From sequence record LR588166.1: DNA of 64,000 bases, one strand, 5' to 3'. Shown in pieces: positions 54,629-64,000 of this stretch. Each line of letters opens with the position of its first letter. The first letter of the stretch is position 1. A model generated the notes under the pieces. It had not been told where the DNA came from and ran no database searches. It was given only the letters and a program-made list of their open reading frames with translations. Position numbers and translations under genes: made by a program.

Positions 54629-57313
54629 ATGGCTATTAAAAATTTTAGCATAAGTGGCATCGGACGCGATGTCCAGCTAGGCAAAAAAGGCGGCCGCCTC
54701 TCTTTTACAAGCGGTGTATTTGCATTCACTAGTGACCTGGGCGGTACTAACTATGCACCTGTTATAGGCGGAACACCCCTACAACCAGAACATTTAGCAA
54801 CTAAAGCATATGTAGATTCTATAAGCGGCGGAATAAAACCACTCCAAAGTGTTTCAGTTTCTACACAACAGTCATATACTGTAGATGGTAATAATACTAA
54901 TCCGGGAACAGGTGCAACTTGGGCTGCCGGTGTATTTAGTGATTTCCCCAGAACAGTAGACGGCCATGCACTGGAAATGGGAAGTCGCGTTTTAGTTAGA
55001 CTAGAAGGTATAACTATAACAGGTGACACACCTACTGTCAACGATACCGGCGCAGCTAGAAATGGTATTTATATTGTTACTAACGTAGACACGGAAAACA
55101 ATACAGTTACATTAGACAGGGCACCAGATTCGGACGAAGATAATGAGTTTATATTTGGCTCATATGTTCTTGTAGAAAACGGTACTTCTGCAGGTGACGG
55201 TTATACTTTAACTGCACAATACGGTGGTTCAGAAGTTACTCCTCCCAATCAGATGAACGTTGATCCGCAATTCTGGGTAAAATACACTTCTGCAGGTGCA
55301 ACATATACTGCCGGCGCTGGCCTAGCGTTGTCGGATAACGAATTTTCGTTAAGTATTCCTACTTTATCGGATTTTACAGGCACTGCTGCTGATACATTAT
55401 CTCTAGCAGTATCTAACGGTACAACTAATAATAAATTAACAGTAAATAAATTATTTACTGATTTAGGAGTTGTTACTGCGTTAGGACAAACCGATGGTGT
55501 TATAGTAAAATCTGGTTCTAGCTATGTAAGTAGAACTATAGTTGCAGATACTACCGGCAATAAACTAGGTATTGCTGTATCTAATACAGACGGTTCTGCA
55601 GGAAATATAACAGTAGGGTTAGATGTAAATGGATTGACTGCCGTTTCCTCTGCACTAAATGATACTGATGTCCTCCCAATATACGATGGAACTAGTAACA
55701 AAAAGGTTTCTATAAGCCAATTAGCTGCCGAATTTACATCTGGTTTTTCTTCTAATAGTATTTCTCAATTAGATAGTTCTGTTGTAGTAACAGATACAGG
55801 AACCGACGGCACAATTACTTTTACTGCTGATAATACTGCGGTTGCTACTATTACTTCTGCAGGCCTTACTTCGTCTAATTTAACTGCAAGTAACTTAACT
55901 AGCGGAAGAATAGTACTGGCAGGAACTTCCGGTCATTTAGAAGATAACTCTGCTCTTACTTTTTCTGCAGGTATACTGAATGTAGGATCACTGACTGTAG
56001 ATAGTGCTACTAGTACAATTTCTACATCAGAAACAAATGGAAATATAGTTATTGCTCCAAACGGCACCGGTGAAGTAGTAATACAAGGTAACGGTAATGC
56101 AGAAATAAGTGCAGAACTAGGTGAACAACTAAGTCTACGCGGTGACGGTGTTATTATAGGAAACACTGCAAACACAGTAGACTATATTACTGCAACAGAA
56201 ACTAATACTATATTCTATTCTACATTAGCAAATAATATAGCTATTGCCGGTGCTGCTGCGAGTTCAAACCCGTCTATTACTGCATTAGGTTCAGATACAA
56301 ACTTAGGTCTAAACTTAGGAGTAAAAGGCACAGGAAAAATTGTTGTTACCGGCGTAACAGCATCTGCATATTCTTCTGGTTTAACTGACGCATCGTTAGT
56401 TAACAAACTATATGTAGATACTGCTGTTTCGAGTGCTTCTAGCAACATAACAGCACTACAAACAGAAGTAAATGCCATAGAGACATCTGTGGGATTAAAC
56501 ACTGACGGAACTCTTTCTGCATATACCGGAACAAACTATTTAGACTCTGCAACTAGTATAAAACAGGCTACTACTTTACTTGACGCACAAGTAAAAACTA
56601 ATGCAGACGATATATTAGATAAAGCAGATCAAACAGAAGTAGATGCCATAGAGACTGCTGTTGGCTTAGGAACAGATGGTACACTAGCACCTTATACTGG
56701 AACAAATTATTTAAATTCTGCAACTAGTATAAAACAAGCAACTATTTTGCTAGATACACAAATAAAGACCAACGAAGACGACATAGCACTAAAAGCCAAC
56801 CAAACAGAAGTAGATGCTATAGAAACAGGCGCTGGACTCAATACAGACGGTACTTATACTGCTGATGCAACTACTAACTATATAACTACTGCTACAAGTT
56901 TAGCTAATGCAGACAAGTTATTAGATGCACAGATTAAAATTAATACTGATGCTATTGCACAACTGGGTTCTGCTGCAGGTTCAGTTCGTACTGTAAAATT
57001 AGAAAATATTCCGTTTGATACCGATAGTTCGACTCCCATAATAGAAGGAACTGATCTGCCTGCAAACGGCATTACTATCAATAGTATAATATTTAAAGTA
57101 AATACCGCTGCTGATACTGCTGCATGGGCTACCGTAACTCATAATTCGGTTACACTAGCATCAGATACAACTAATGATCCGGAAGTAGTAGGATTGTATC
57201 AAGTCGATGTGTTCTCTAATTCAGTCGCTGGACAAGATATAACACTAACTATAGCTGCACATGGTGCAAGTACAGGTACTGTTACTGTATTACTCCAATA
57301 TACAATTCTATAA
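54629..57313 (+). CDS. putative fibre protein with coiled-coil repeats
   Basis: MAIKNF..VQLGKKGG, ATKAYVD; ATAAATA at 54592. Confidence 0.8.
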   Translation: MAIKNFSISGIGRDVQLGKKGGRLSFTSGVFAFTSDLGGTNYAPVIGGTPLQPEHLATKAYVDSISGGIKPLQSVSVSTQQSYTVDGNNTNPGTGATWAAGVFSDFPRTVDGHALEMGSRVLVRLEGITITGDTPTVNDTGAARNGIYIVTNVDTENNTVTLDRAPDSDEDNEFIFGSYVLVENGTSAGDGYTLTAQYGGSEVTPPNQMNVDPQFWVKYTSAGATYTAGAGLALSDNEFSLSIPTLSDFTGTAADTLSLAVSNGTTNNKLTVNKLFTDLGVVTALGQTDGVIVKSGSSYVSRTIVADTTGNKLGIAVSNTDGSAGNITVGLDVNGLTAVSSALNDTDVLPIYDGTSNKKVSISQLAAEFTSGFSSNSISQLDSSVVVTDTGTDGTITFTADNTAVATITSAGLTSSNLTASNLTSGRIVLAGTSGHLEDNSALTFSAGILNVGSLTVDSATSTISTSETNGNIVIAPNGTGEVVIQGNGNAEISAELGEQLSLRGDGVIIGNTANTVDYITATETNTIFYSTLANNIAIAGAAASSNPSITALGSDTNLGLNLGVKGTGKIVVTGVTASAYSSGLTDASLVNKLYVDTAVSSASSNITALQTEVNAIETSVGLNTDGTLSAYTGTNYLDSATSIKQATTLLDAQVKTNADDILDKADQTEVDAIETAVGLGTDGTLAPYTGTNYLNSATSIKQATILLDTQIKTNEDDIALKANQTEVDAIETGAGLNTDGTYTADATTNYITTATSLANADKLLDAQIKINTDAIAQLGSAAGSVRTVKLENIPFDTDSSTPIIEGTDLPANGITINSIIFKVNTAADTAAWATVTHNSVTLASDTTNDPEVVGLYQVDVFSNSVAGQDITLTIAAHGASTGTVTVLLQYTIL
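56459..56960 (+). repeat. three 171-nt (57-aa) tandem coding repeats
   Basis: caaacagaagta at 56459, 56630 and 56801. Confidence 0.9.
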
Positions 57314-57325
57314 GTTGTTTTAAAT

Positions 57326-57355
57326 TAAATAAAGGGCCCTAGGGCCCTTTATTTA
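57326..57355. terminator. perfect 30-nt palindrome terminator
   Basis: taaataaagggccct|agggccctttattta. Confidence 0.8.
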
Positions 57356-57434
57356 TGTATAAACAGAGCAGATCACAAAACACAATAAACTCATAAATAC
57401 TTTCGTATAGTAAAATACTATGCACAGGAGTTCC

Positions 57435-57458
57435 TGCTCGGAGTAGAAGCTCCGAGCA
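57435..57458 (+). promoter_or_regulatory. GC-rich leader hairpin upstream of the holin
   Basis: tgctcggag-tagaag-ctccgagca; ATAAATA at 57393. Confidence 0.6.
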
Positions 57459-57470
57459 AGGGGTTCTTTC

Positions 57471-57812
57471 GTGAGGAAACAAAAAATGTCAGAGAACACT
57501 AAACCCCTAACTTCAGACAAAATGCTTAATTGGAAACCGCTGGCGGCATTAGTCTACTTGTTTATCTGCGTTATGGATTTTGTTGTTATGCCGGTCCTAG
57601 TCCATCAATACAACAAAGAAATGTTATCTAAAATTTCTAATTTATCTGAACAAAATCTTGTTCTAGAAAAAACAGAAGTTTTAAAATTACAGAAATGGGA
57701 ACCATTAACATTACAAAACGCAGGGTTGTTTCATATTGCATTTGGCACTATAATAACAGGTGCGGCAGTGTTTGGCGAAATTAGACAACGTACCAAATCA
57801 TCTGGCTCTTAA
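57471..57812 (+). CDS. putative holin (3TM/GTA-holin-like)
   Basis: WKP..ALVYL.IC..DFVV.P and WEPLTLQ.AGLFH.AFG; alternative ATG at 57486. Confidence 0.7.
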   Translation: MRKQKMSENTKPLTSDKMLNWKPLAALVYLFICVMDFVVMPVLVHQYNKEMLSKISNLSEQNLVLEKTEVLKLQKWEPLTLQNAGLFHIAFGTIITGAAVFGEIRQRTKSSGS

Positions 57813-57980
57813 AATGAACAATACATACACAGTTTTAACCATTCGGGGTTTTGGTAGAACTTAAATAGAATACCCGAGCCCAGACCAGGCTTAAGTATTT
57901 TTTAATTAATAGCTGACAGTCACACATAACATTGTATCACATATGGCTACTTGGTGCAAGAATACAAGTCGGAATTTGTT

Positions 57981-58007
57981 AGCTGACCCGTTTGGGTCAG
58001 CTCTTTT
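57981..58007 (+). terminator. rho-independent terminator
   Basis: agctgaccc-gttt-gggtcagct ctttt. Confidence 0.8.
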
Positions 58008-58020
58008 ATTGGATTAGACA

Positions 58021-58593
58021 ATGAGCATACTTACTTCTATATTAAATAATACCTTAAATTCAGTAGTGTTTGTTTATGGTAGAATGAATCCCCCTACAAT
58101 AGGGCACGGAAAAGTTATATCAGAAATGCTAAAGATAGCAAAAGAATATAATGCTGCGCATTGTGTGTTTTTGTCTCATTCTTCTGGAAATAAAAAAAAT
58201 CCATTACTTTGGGAAGAAAAAGTATCATATATGAAAATGTTTTTTCCCGGGGTAAATATTAACGAATCTAAAATAAATAATCCGTTTTCTGCATTAGATT
58301 TACTTTCGAAAAAATATAAACACGTAACCTTTATTGCAGGAAGTGATAGATTAGAAGATTACAAGAGAAATATGCCTGCATATGCAAAAAGTATAGGCAT
58401 AGAATTAGATATAATATCGTCTGGTGATAGACTAGAAGAGAGTACTTCTATAGAAGGTGTAAGTGCGTCTAAAGCAAGAAAATTAGTCTTAGAAAACAAC
58501 TTTGAACTATTTTCTGAATTAATACCATCTGACGATATTGCAGAAAAAAGAAATTTATTTTTGCTGCTTCAAACTAGATTAATGGATAATTAA
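58021..58593 (+). CDS. cytidyltransferase-like (HxGH) nucleotidyltransferase
   Basis: FVYGRMNPPTIGH, AGSDR, SASKAR. Confidence 0.85.
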   Translation: MSILTSILNNTLNSVVFVYGRMNPPTIGHGKVISEMLKIAKEYNAAHCVFLSHSSGNKKNPLLWEEKVSYMKMFFPGVNINESKINNPFSALDLLSKKYKHVTFIAGSDRLEDYKRNMPAYAKSIGIELDIISSGDRLEESTSIEGVSASKARKLVLENNFELFSELIPSDDIAEKRNLFLLLQTRLMDN

Positions 58594-58595
58594 AT

Positions 58596-59543
58596 ATGTT
58601 GAAAATAAAAGGAAGTCCATCCGTAGGCAAAATATCAGCAACAATTAATAGACCGTTTTTAACTAAAACCTTAGTTACTACGATGCCACAAAACATTGCA
58701 AATTTTACTGCAGGATATGGTGGCGGAATGTTGCATATATTCGGGGGCGAAGCTGTTCCTAGTGTAGGCCAAATACAAATATATAGACGATACAATATAG
58801 CAACTAATACTTGGTTAAGTCCTAGCGGAAACATAGGAGCCTGGGCATGGGGAGGAGGCGGCTATTACAATGGAAGTTTTTGGGCGCTGTGTGGTTCTAA
58901 CAATGGATATAATACTTCGTATTTTCAGATAAACCCTTCCACTGCAACAGGTACACGATATACAGATATGGCTGGCGGTTCTAGAGGACAAGGAAGAACC
59001 GCATCAGTAGATAATCTAAACGTATTTGTTATAGGGGGTATTGGGCAAAATAATATAACAAATGCATTGTGTTATAGATTTAATGCTAGTACAAGAGCAT
59101 GGACAGTAAGAACAAGTATGCCATCGCCAAGAAATGGTCATACGATAGGATCGTATAACGGGAAAATATATGTACTAGGAGGCTGGAACGAAACCTCAAA
59201 CAATCTTTCAGACGTTCTAGAATACAACATATCTACTAATACGTGGACAACTTTACCCACTACAATACCCGGAGCGCCTTTTAGCTGGTTCGGCGGGTTT
59301 GTATATAAACAATATGCTGTATACGGCGCGTCATCTTCTTCTAATACGCTTTTATTTAAAATATTAGATTTAAATAAAATGACATGGGAAATTTTAGATA
59401 CTGGGCTGCCACGCCGCTGGTCAGCAGAATATGTAGTTACAGAAACCGGTGTATATATGATAGGCGGTAGTAGTTCTTATCCCGGCGCTGCCAACTATTT
59501 TACTGCCCCTAGATATAACGAAATATATTTCTTCAAAGGTTAA
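58596..59543 (+). CDS. Kelch-repeat beta-propeller protein
   Basis: repeated (Y/F)VxGG...YN..TNTW units. Confidence 0.85.
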   Translation: MLKIKGSPSVGKISATINRPFLTKTLVTTMPQNIANFTAGYGGGMLHIFGGEAVPSVGQIQIYRRYNIATNTWLSPSGNIGAWAWGGGGYYNGSFWALCGSNNGYNTSYFQINPSTATGTRYTDMAGGSRGQGRTASVDNLNVFVIGGIGQNNITNALCYRFNASTRAWTVRTSMPSPRNGHTIGSYNGKIYVLGGWNETSNNLSDVLEYNISTNTWTTLPTTIPGAPFSWFGGFVYKQYAVYGASSSSNTLLFKILDLNKMTWEILDTGLPRRWSAEYVVTETGVYMIGGSSSYPGAANYFTAPRYNEIYFFKG

Positions 59544-59545
59544 CC

Positions 59546-61456
59546 ATGAAATTAGGAAAATTTAATCATAACGGAAATTTACATATAAAATATAGACCGG
59601 CACCGTTAGTCGATGTAGGTCCTGTCCTACAATATAAATTTCTAGCAAATGAACCATTAGACGAAGCAACAGAATCGATGTCAATTTCGTCTGGCACAGT
59701 TTCTATACAAAATAGTTCGTTGTATACTTCCGGCAGCACAGTAAACAATTATTTCTATAGAAAATTACCTAGTATACTTAAAAATACCAAATTTACAATA
59801 GAACTGACAATAAGGTCAGAAGGCGAAATTCCGTCTACTAGTAATATAATAGGTACATGGAATCCATCTAACGAATTTTGGTTGTTATCTGTAATTAACA
59901 ACAATTTAGTATTTCAATGGAATAATGGAACTGCTACTGCCGGTACTAGACAAGTATTTACATTCAGTAATGTACAAGTACCTTCAGATCAAGACGTTCA
60001 TTTAGCCGTATGTAGAGATGACACTATGTTATATGGATTTGTAAATGGACAACTAGCAGGTTCGTTTGAAGTGTCATTTGCAGGGCATACTAATGTTGTA
60101 TCGGGGTCTATATTCTCTACAAGAAGCATGGCCACCACAAATAACTATTTTAATGGATATAGAAAAAATATTAGAATAGTAAATGACAAGGCATTATATG
60201 TTGCACCATTTACACTATCTAGCGTAACTATGGCTGATGTAAAGCCAGAATACTATACCCCGGAAGATGCTAGCTTAGTAGTAGGTCAAATAACATGTAA
60301 ACGAAATTCATTGTTCCAAGAAACTATGAATACTCCTACTTTACTACTTACAGGTTTATCTAATTCTACAACAGGACGATTTGTAACAACTACTAATAAT
60401 ACTTCTGGCTTCCAATTTTCTCCTGTAACAAATTGGCAATCGGGCGATTACACAATAGAATTATATATAAACTTATCTACAGTAGGCGCAGGCGGTGCCA
60501 TACTAATAGGTCAATGGACATCTTCGGGTGGCACTGACATCGGATGGTCTATCTCTATGCAACAAAATGGAAGCGTCAGACATTTCTATTCCACCGACGG
60601 AATATACGACCAAGCAAACGGTAACTCTGGAGTATTGCAAGCACCTAATGGTACTTTAGTATTAAACAAAGATACCCATGTATGTGCAATGCGGAAAAAT
60701 GGGGTAATAGGATTATTTGTAGATGGTGTTAGACTAGCCCAGGTAAACGAGGCAAGGCCGTTATGGAATAGTCAAATACCCATTAGAAACACATGGACTG
60801 CGCCAGCAGATGGATATGCATTAGCAGAACGTTGGAATATAAGATGTATTTCTAAAGCAATGTATGATATAGACGGTTTCGTTCCACCGGTTCGTTTACC
60901 TACATTTCCCAATTTATTAACAAATACAGGTAGTTATTTGCGCTCTGTATTGTCTGGCACAACTACTACAGCAGATGCTATGGGAAATATTATACAATTT
61001 AATTCCTCCGGACAAACATCCGGTGGCGGCTATCAAAAATATTTTATATATGGTTCTAAAAAAGTAGAAATAATAGGAAATACCATATCTTCGGATTCAA
61101 CACAACAAATGAGATATGGTTTAACAAACACAACTCCTACCACATTTGCAGAGTCAGAATCTGATTTTAATTCCGGTACATTCCCATATGCGTATGCCGA
61201 TAGAATTAACAGTGTCATTCAAATAGTTAAACAAGGTAGTGTTATAGGTAGTTTGCCTCATTCTACTGCCAATCACACCTTTAAAATAACATATGATTTC
61301 GAAAATAATCAGTTTACTTACGAAGTTACTTCTGGCACTGCACAAGGACAATCTGTTACTACAAGTCTAGATTCTACAATAACACAGAATACTAAGTTTG
61401 CAGTATGTGGGACCAAATCTAATATACAAATAACTTCTGTAAAAATACAACAATAA
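59546..61456 (+). CDS. tandem LamG/concanavalin A-like domain protein
   Basis: two FTIEL..HLAV.R..(F/L)V(N/D)G units plus a C-terminal beta domain. Confidence 0.8.
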   Translation: MKLGKFNHNGNLHIKYRPAPLVDVGPVLQYKFLANEPLDEATESMSISSGTVSIQNSSLYTSGSTVNNYFYRKLPSILKNTKFTIELTIRSEGEIPSTSNIIGTWNPSNEFWLLSVINNNLVFQWNNGTATAGTRQVFTFSNVQVPSDQDVHLAVCRDDTMLYGFVNGQLAGSFEVSFAGHTNVVSGSIFSTRSMATTNNYFNGYRKNIRIVNDKALYVAPFTLSSVTMADVKPEYYTPEDASLVVGQITCKRNSLFQETMNTPTLLLTGLSNSTTGRFVTTTNNTSGFQFSPVTNWQSGDYTIELYINLSTVGAGGAILIGQWTSSGGTDIGWSISMQQNGSVRHFYSTDGIYDQANGNSGVLQAPNGTLVLNKDTHVCAMRKNGVIGLFVDGVRLAQVNEARPLWNSQIPIRNTWTAPADGYALAERWNIRCISKAMYDIDGFVPPVRLPTFPNLLTNTGSYLRSVLSGTTTTADAMGNIIQFNSSGQTSGGGYQKYFIYGSKKVEIIGNTISSDSTQQMRYGLTNTTPTTFAESESDFNSGTFPYAYADRINSVIQIVKQGSVIGSLPHSTANHTFKITYDFENNQFTYEVTSGTAQGQSVTTSLDSTITQNTKFAVCGTKSNIQITSVKIQQ

Positions 61457-61481
61457 GTCCTTTAAATTAGGAAAAATTTCA

Positions 61482-61510
61482 TTGACTAACTCCGTTTACA
61501 CTAGTATAAT
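61482..61510 (+). promoter_or_regulatory. sigma70-type promoter
   Basis: TTGACT-17nt-TATAAT. Confidence 0.8.
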
Positions 61511-61536
61511 ATATGCAATGTTTAACGGAGTTAACA

Positions 61537-61812
61537 ATGACTGACATTAATCCAAATTCTCGCCATTATTCTGCTGAAGACGTCCGGCGAATTAAACAGT
61601 TAGTTTCCGAAGGCATGCAAGTCATGCAAGAAATTGAAGATTTAAAAACCGGACTAGCAGAAACAGTTAAAGCAATTGCAGAAGAAGTAAATGTTAAGCC
61701 TTCCCAGCTTAATAAAGTTATTAAAATCGCACATAAACGTTCTTTAAACGAAGAACTAGATAAGATCAACGAAGTAGAAGAGATTTTAGACGCAATTAAA
61801 GAAGGTCGTTAA
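61537..61812 (+). CDS. dsDNA-binding protein, T4 DsbA/GapR-like
   Basis: helical IKQLV.EG..EIEDLK..VKAIAEE...LNKVIKIAHK; GGAG SD before 61537. Confidence 0.7.
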   Translation: MTDINPNSRHYSAEDVRRIKQLVSEGMQVMQEIEDLKTGLAETVKAIAEEVNVKPSQLNKVIKIAHKRSLNEELDKINEVEEILDAIKEGR

Positions 61813-61824
61813 TATTTTCAAAAC

Positions 61825-61849
61825 AAGCCGTGCTTTTGCGCGGCTTTTT
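61825..61849 (+). terminator. hairpin with U-tract before polB
   Basis: aagccgtgc-tttt-gcgcggctt ttt. Confidence 0.6.
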
Positions 61850-61865
61850 ATTTTGTAGGACAATT

Positions 61866-64000
61866 ATGTACATCGATATTTTCGAAGATAAGAAAAATGA
61901 AATACTTCTAGTTGCAGAACGATCTGCAGGCAAACGAATATACAAACAATACCCTATAGATCATACATATTACATATTAGATGCAAACGGACCGTATAAA
62001 GATATATTCGGTAATAATGCTAAAGCCATTAAGCCATCTAGCATAAATGAAAAAATGACTCAAATGAAAATGCTAGATTTTTCGCAAACGTGCGAAATAG
62101 ACGTCAGGCCAGAATTTAGATGCTTGGAAGTAAACTATAAGAATGCACCTATGCCAGATTTACATGTTGCATTCTTCGATATCGAGACCGCGTTTGATCA
62201 AAAACGCGGTTATGCCGACCCGGCTGATCCTTTTAATCCCATTATATCAATATCTGTATATCTGCAATGGATGCAGCAAATGGTTTGCTTAGCATTAGCA
62301 CCAGAGACTATATTGCCAGAAGATGCACAACGCATAGCATCAGAAGTAGGCGAAACAATTATATGTAAAAATGAAAAAGAAATGCTAAGTATGTTTATTG
62401 ACTTAGTAGAAGATGCAGATATTTTATCAGGTTGGAACTCAGAACGGTTCGATATTCCTTATACTTTTAACAGAATTGTAAAATTATTAGGTAAGAATGA
62501 ACTAAGAAAATTATGCCTTTGGGATCTTATGCCCAAGAAGCGCAATATTGAACAAGAAGGCGGCAGTAGTTTTGTTACATTCGAAACGTTTGGTAGAATA
62601 CATTTAGATTATCTCCAATTGTATAAAAAATATAATTACGAAGAACGTCATAGTTACTCGTTAGATTCTATTTCGGAAATCGAACTAGGTGAACGAAAAG
62701 TTCCATACAACGGAACATTAGACAAACTTTATAAATATGATTTTAAAAAGTTTTTAGAATATAACATTCAGGATACTCGACTCCTAGATAAGTTAGATAG
62801 AAAATTAAAATATATAGATCTAGCTTCCACCATTGCACATAGTAATTGCATTCCTATCCCTACTGTTATGGGTGCAGTAGCTACAACCGAACAAGCAATT
62901 ATAATCGAAGCACATAATAACGGCATGGTAGTGCCATCTAGGCAACGTTTTAAAAATAATGATACACTTAAAGCTGCGGGCGGTTGGGTAGCATATCCTA
63001 AAGTAGGACTGCATAGAGATATTGGCTCTAGTGACTTGAATTCACTGTATCCTTCTGTGTTAAGGGCACTAAACATGAGCCCAGAAACTATTATAGGACA
63101 GGTTCGATTAACGCTTACTAACCCTGCAATCGAAGAATGGTGTGCAAAAGGCGGAACAAAACATACATTTGCTGCATGGTGGAACGATAGGTTTACCACT
63201 TTAGAAATGGAATATGTGTTAAACAAAGACAGGGGTACTATATTAACGTTAGATATGGCAGACGGGCGCTCGTTTGAACTGTCAGGTGCCGAAATATACG
63301 AATTAGTATTCAACAGTGGTCAGAATTGGCATATCAGTGCTAACGGAACTATATTCACACAAGACAGAGCAGGTGTAATTCCGTTACTACTTACAAGATG
63401 GTATGCAGAACGTAAAGGGATGCAGAAAATTGCATCAGATTATAATTCTTTAGATAAAGAACACCATAGCGACAAAACTGTATTTTTAGAAGATAAATCA
63501 GTATTAGATGGAATATGCGTAGGCGAAGTTGAATTAGCAGACCATTATAATATTAATGATGTATATGTTGCAGCTACATTAAAAAATCTTGTCGAATCAA
63601 AAAATTGGCAAGAAGTAGCAATATATATGAAAAAGTATGGACTAGAAGTGTCGTCTGACAATTCAATTGTTATGTCAGATTCCCATATGCAAAACGAATA
63701 TTACGAATATTGGGATAAAGCCCAGTTAGTTCGTAAAATTGGATTAAACAGCTTATATGGCGGACTACTTAACGAACATTCTAGATTCTACGATAAAAGA
63801 CTAGGACAGAGTACTACACTTACTGGGCGCTGTATCACTAGACATATGGCTTCTAAGACAAACGAAATGTTCACTGGCATTTACGATCACGAAGGCGATT
63901 GTGTAATTTATGGCGATACAGATAGTGTAGATGGATCAACTATCCTAAATACTTCTTTAGGTAAAATAACTATAGAAGAGTTGTTTAATGTGTCTGACAA
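61866..64000 (+). CDS. family B DNA polymerase (partial, runs off the window)
   Basis: translated manually, open throughout: FFDIET, GWNSERFD, DLNSLYPS, KIGLNSLYG, YGDTDS; SD AGGA. Confidence 0.96.
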   Translation, partial: MYIDIFEDKKNEILLVAERSAGKRIYKQYPIDHTYYILDANGPYKDIFGNNAKAIKPSSINEKMTQMKMLDFSQTCEIDVRPEFRCLEVNYKNAPMPDLHVAFFDIETAFDQKRGYADPADPFNPIISISVYLQWMQQMVCLALAPETILPEDAQRIASEVGETIICKNEKEMLSMFIDLVEDADILSGWNSERFDIPYTFNRIVKLLGKNELRKLCLWDLMPKKRNIEQEGGSSFVTFETFGRIHLDYLQLYKKYNYEERHSYSLDSISEIELGERKVPYNGTLDKLYKYDFKKFLEYNIQDTRLLDKLDRKLKYIDLASTIAHSNCIPIPTVMGAVATTEQAIIIEAHNNGMVVPSRQRFKNNDTLKAAGGWVAYPKVGLHRDIGSSDLNSLYPSVLRALNMSPETIIGQVRLTLTNPAIEEWCAKGGTKHTFAAWWNDRFTTLEMEYVLNKDRGTILTLDMADGRSFELSGAEIYELVFNSGQNWHISANGTIFTQDRAGVIPLLLTRWYAERKGMQKIASDYNSLDKEHHSDKTVFLEDKSVLDGICVGEVELADHYNINDVYVAATLKNLVESKNWQEVAIYMKKYGLEVSSDNSIVMSDSHMQNEYYEYWDKAQLVRKIGLNSLYGGLLNEHSRFYDKRLGQSTTLTGRCITRHMASKTNEMFTGIYDHEGDCVIYGDTDSVDGSTILNTSLGKITIEELFNVSD
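63924..64000 (+). mobile_element. intein (N-terminal part) in the PolB YGDTD/S site
   Basis: YGDTD is followed by SVDGSTILNTSLGKITIEELF (intein block A pattern). Confidence 0.85.

Noticed and set aside
886-63313. Many short antisense or nested ORFs (e.g. 1676, 2600, 20513, 23270, 39266, 49419, 52080, 62768, 62820)
   Set aside because: They are shadows of longer genes with recognisable motifs and lack SD or promoter support.
1-64000. tRNA, rRNA, CRISPR arrays or stop-codon reassignment
   Set aside because: No cloverleaf/T-arm signature or repeat-spacer array was noticed by eye (tRNAscan not run); the standard code gives full-length genes.

Overview
This 64-kb window comes from an AT-rich jumbo myophage genome. 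Gene content and T4-like ATAAATA late promoters resemble large Rak2/XacN1/Atu_ph07-type phages; that placement is an inference. It is gene-dense, almost all on the + strand, with three genuine minus-strand genes. Left to right it holds: late head/core-type proteins, a PD-(D/E)XK nuclease, class Ia RNR, a PAAR-M15 peptidase fusion, nucleotide and pterin enzymes (ThyA, FolE, two QueD, dCMP deaminase, MazG, HAD nucleotidase), ribosomal protein bS21, SOD, DNA ligase, ExoX-like nuclease, clamp loader, PhoH, giant repeat-built fibre proteins, a holin, Kelch and LamG proteins, a DsbA-like protein, and a family B DNA polymerase that runs off the window inside an intein. A near-complete bacterial-style proteostasis set is scattered across it: ClpX, ClpP, ClpA, ClpS, FtsH with an adjacent YccA/BI-1-like protein, Hsp20, GroES and a J-domain protein. 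The most notable candidates are the protease network, a late SOD with a T4-like capsid-targeting leader, a stand-alone GcrA-like C-terminal domain, a DnaE fragment that stops before its catalytic aspartates, and the PAAR-peptidase. Two ORFs labelled + in the supplied track (25145..25531 and 35949..36722) are actually on the minus strand, and the polymerase is missing from the track. All assignments come from motif recognition by eye; no database searches were run.
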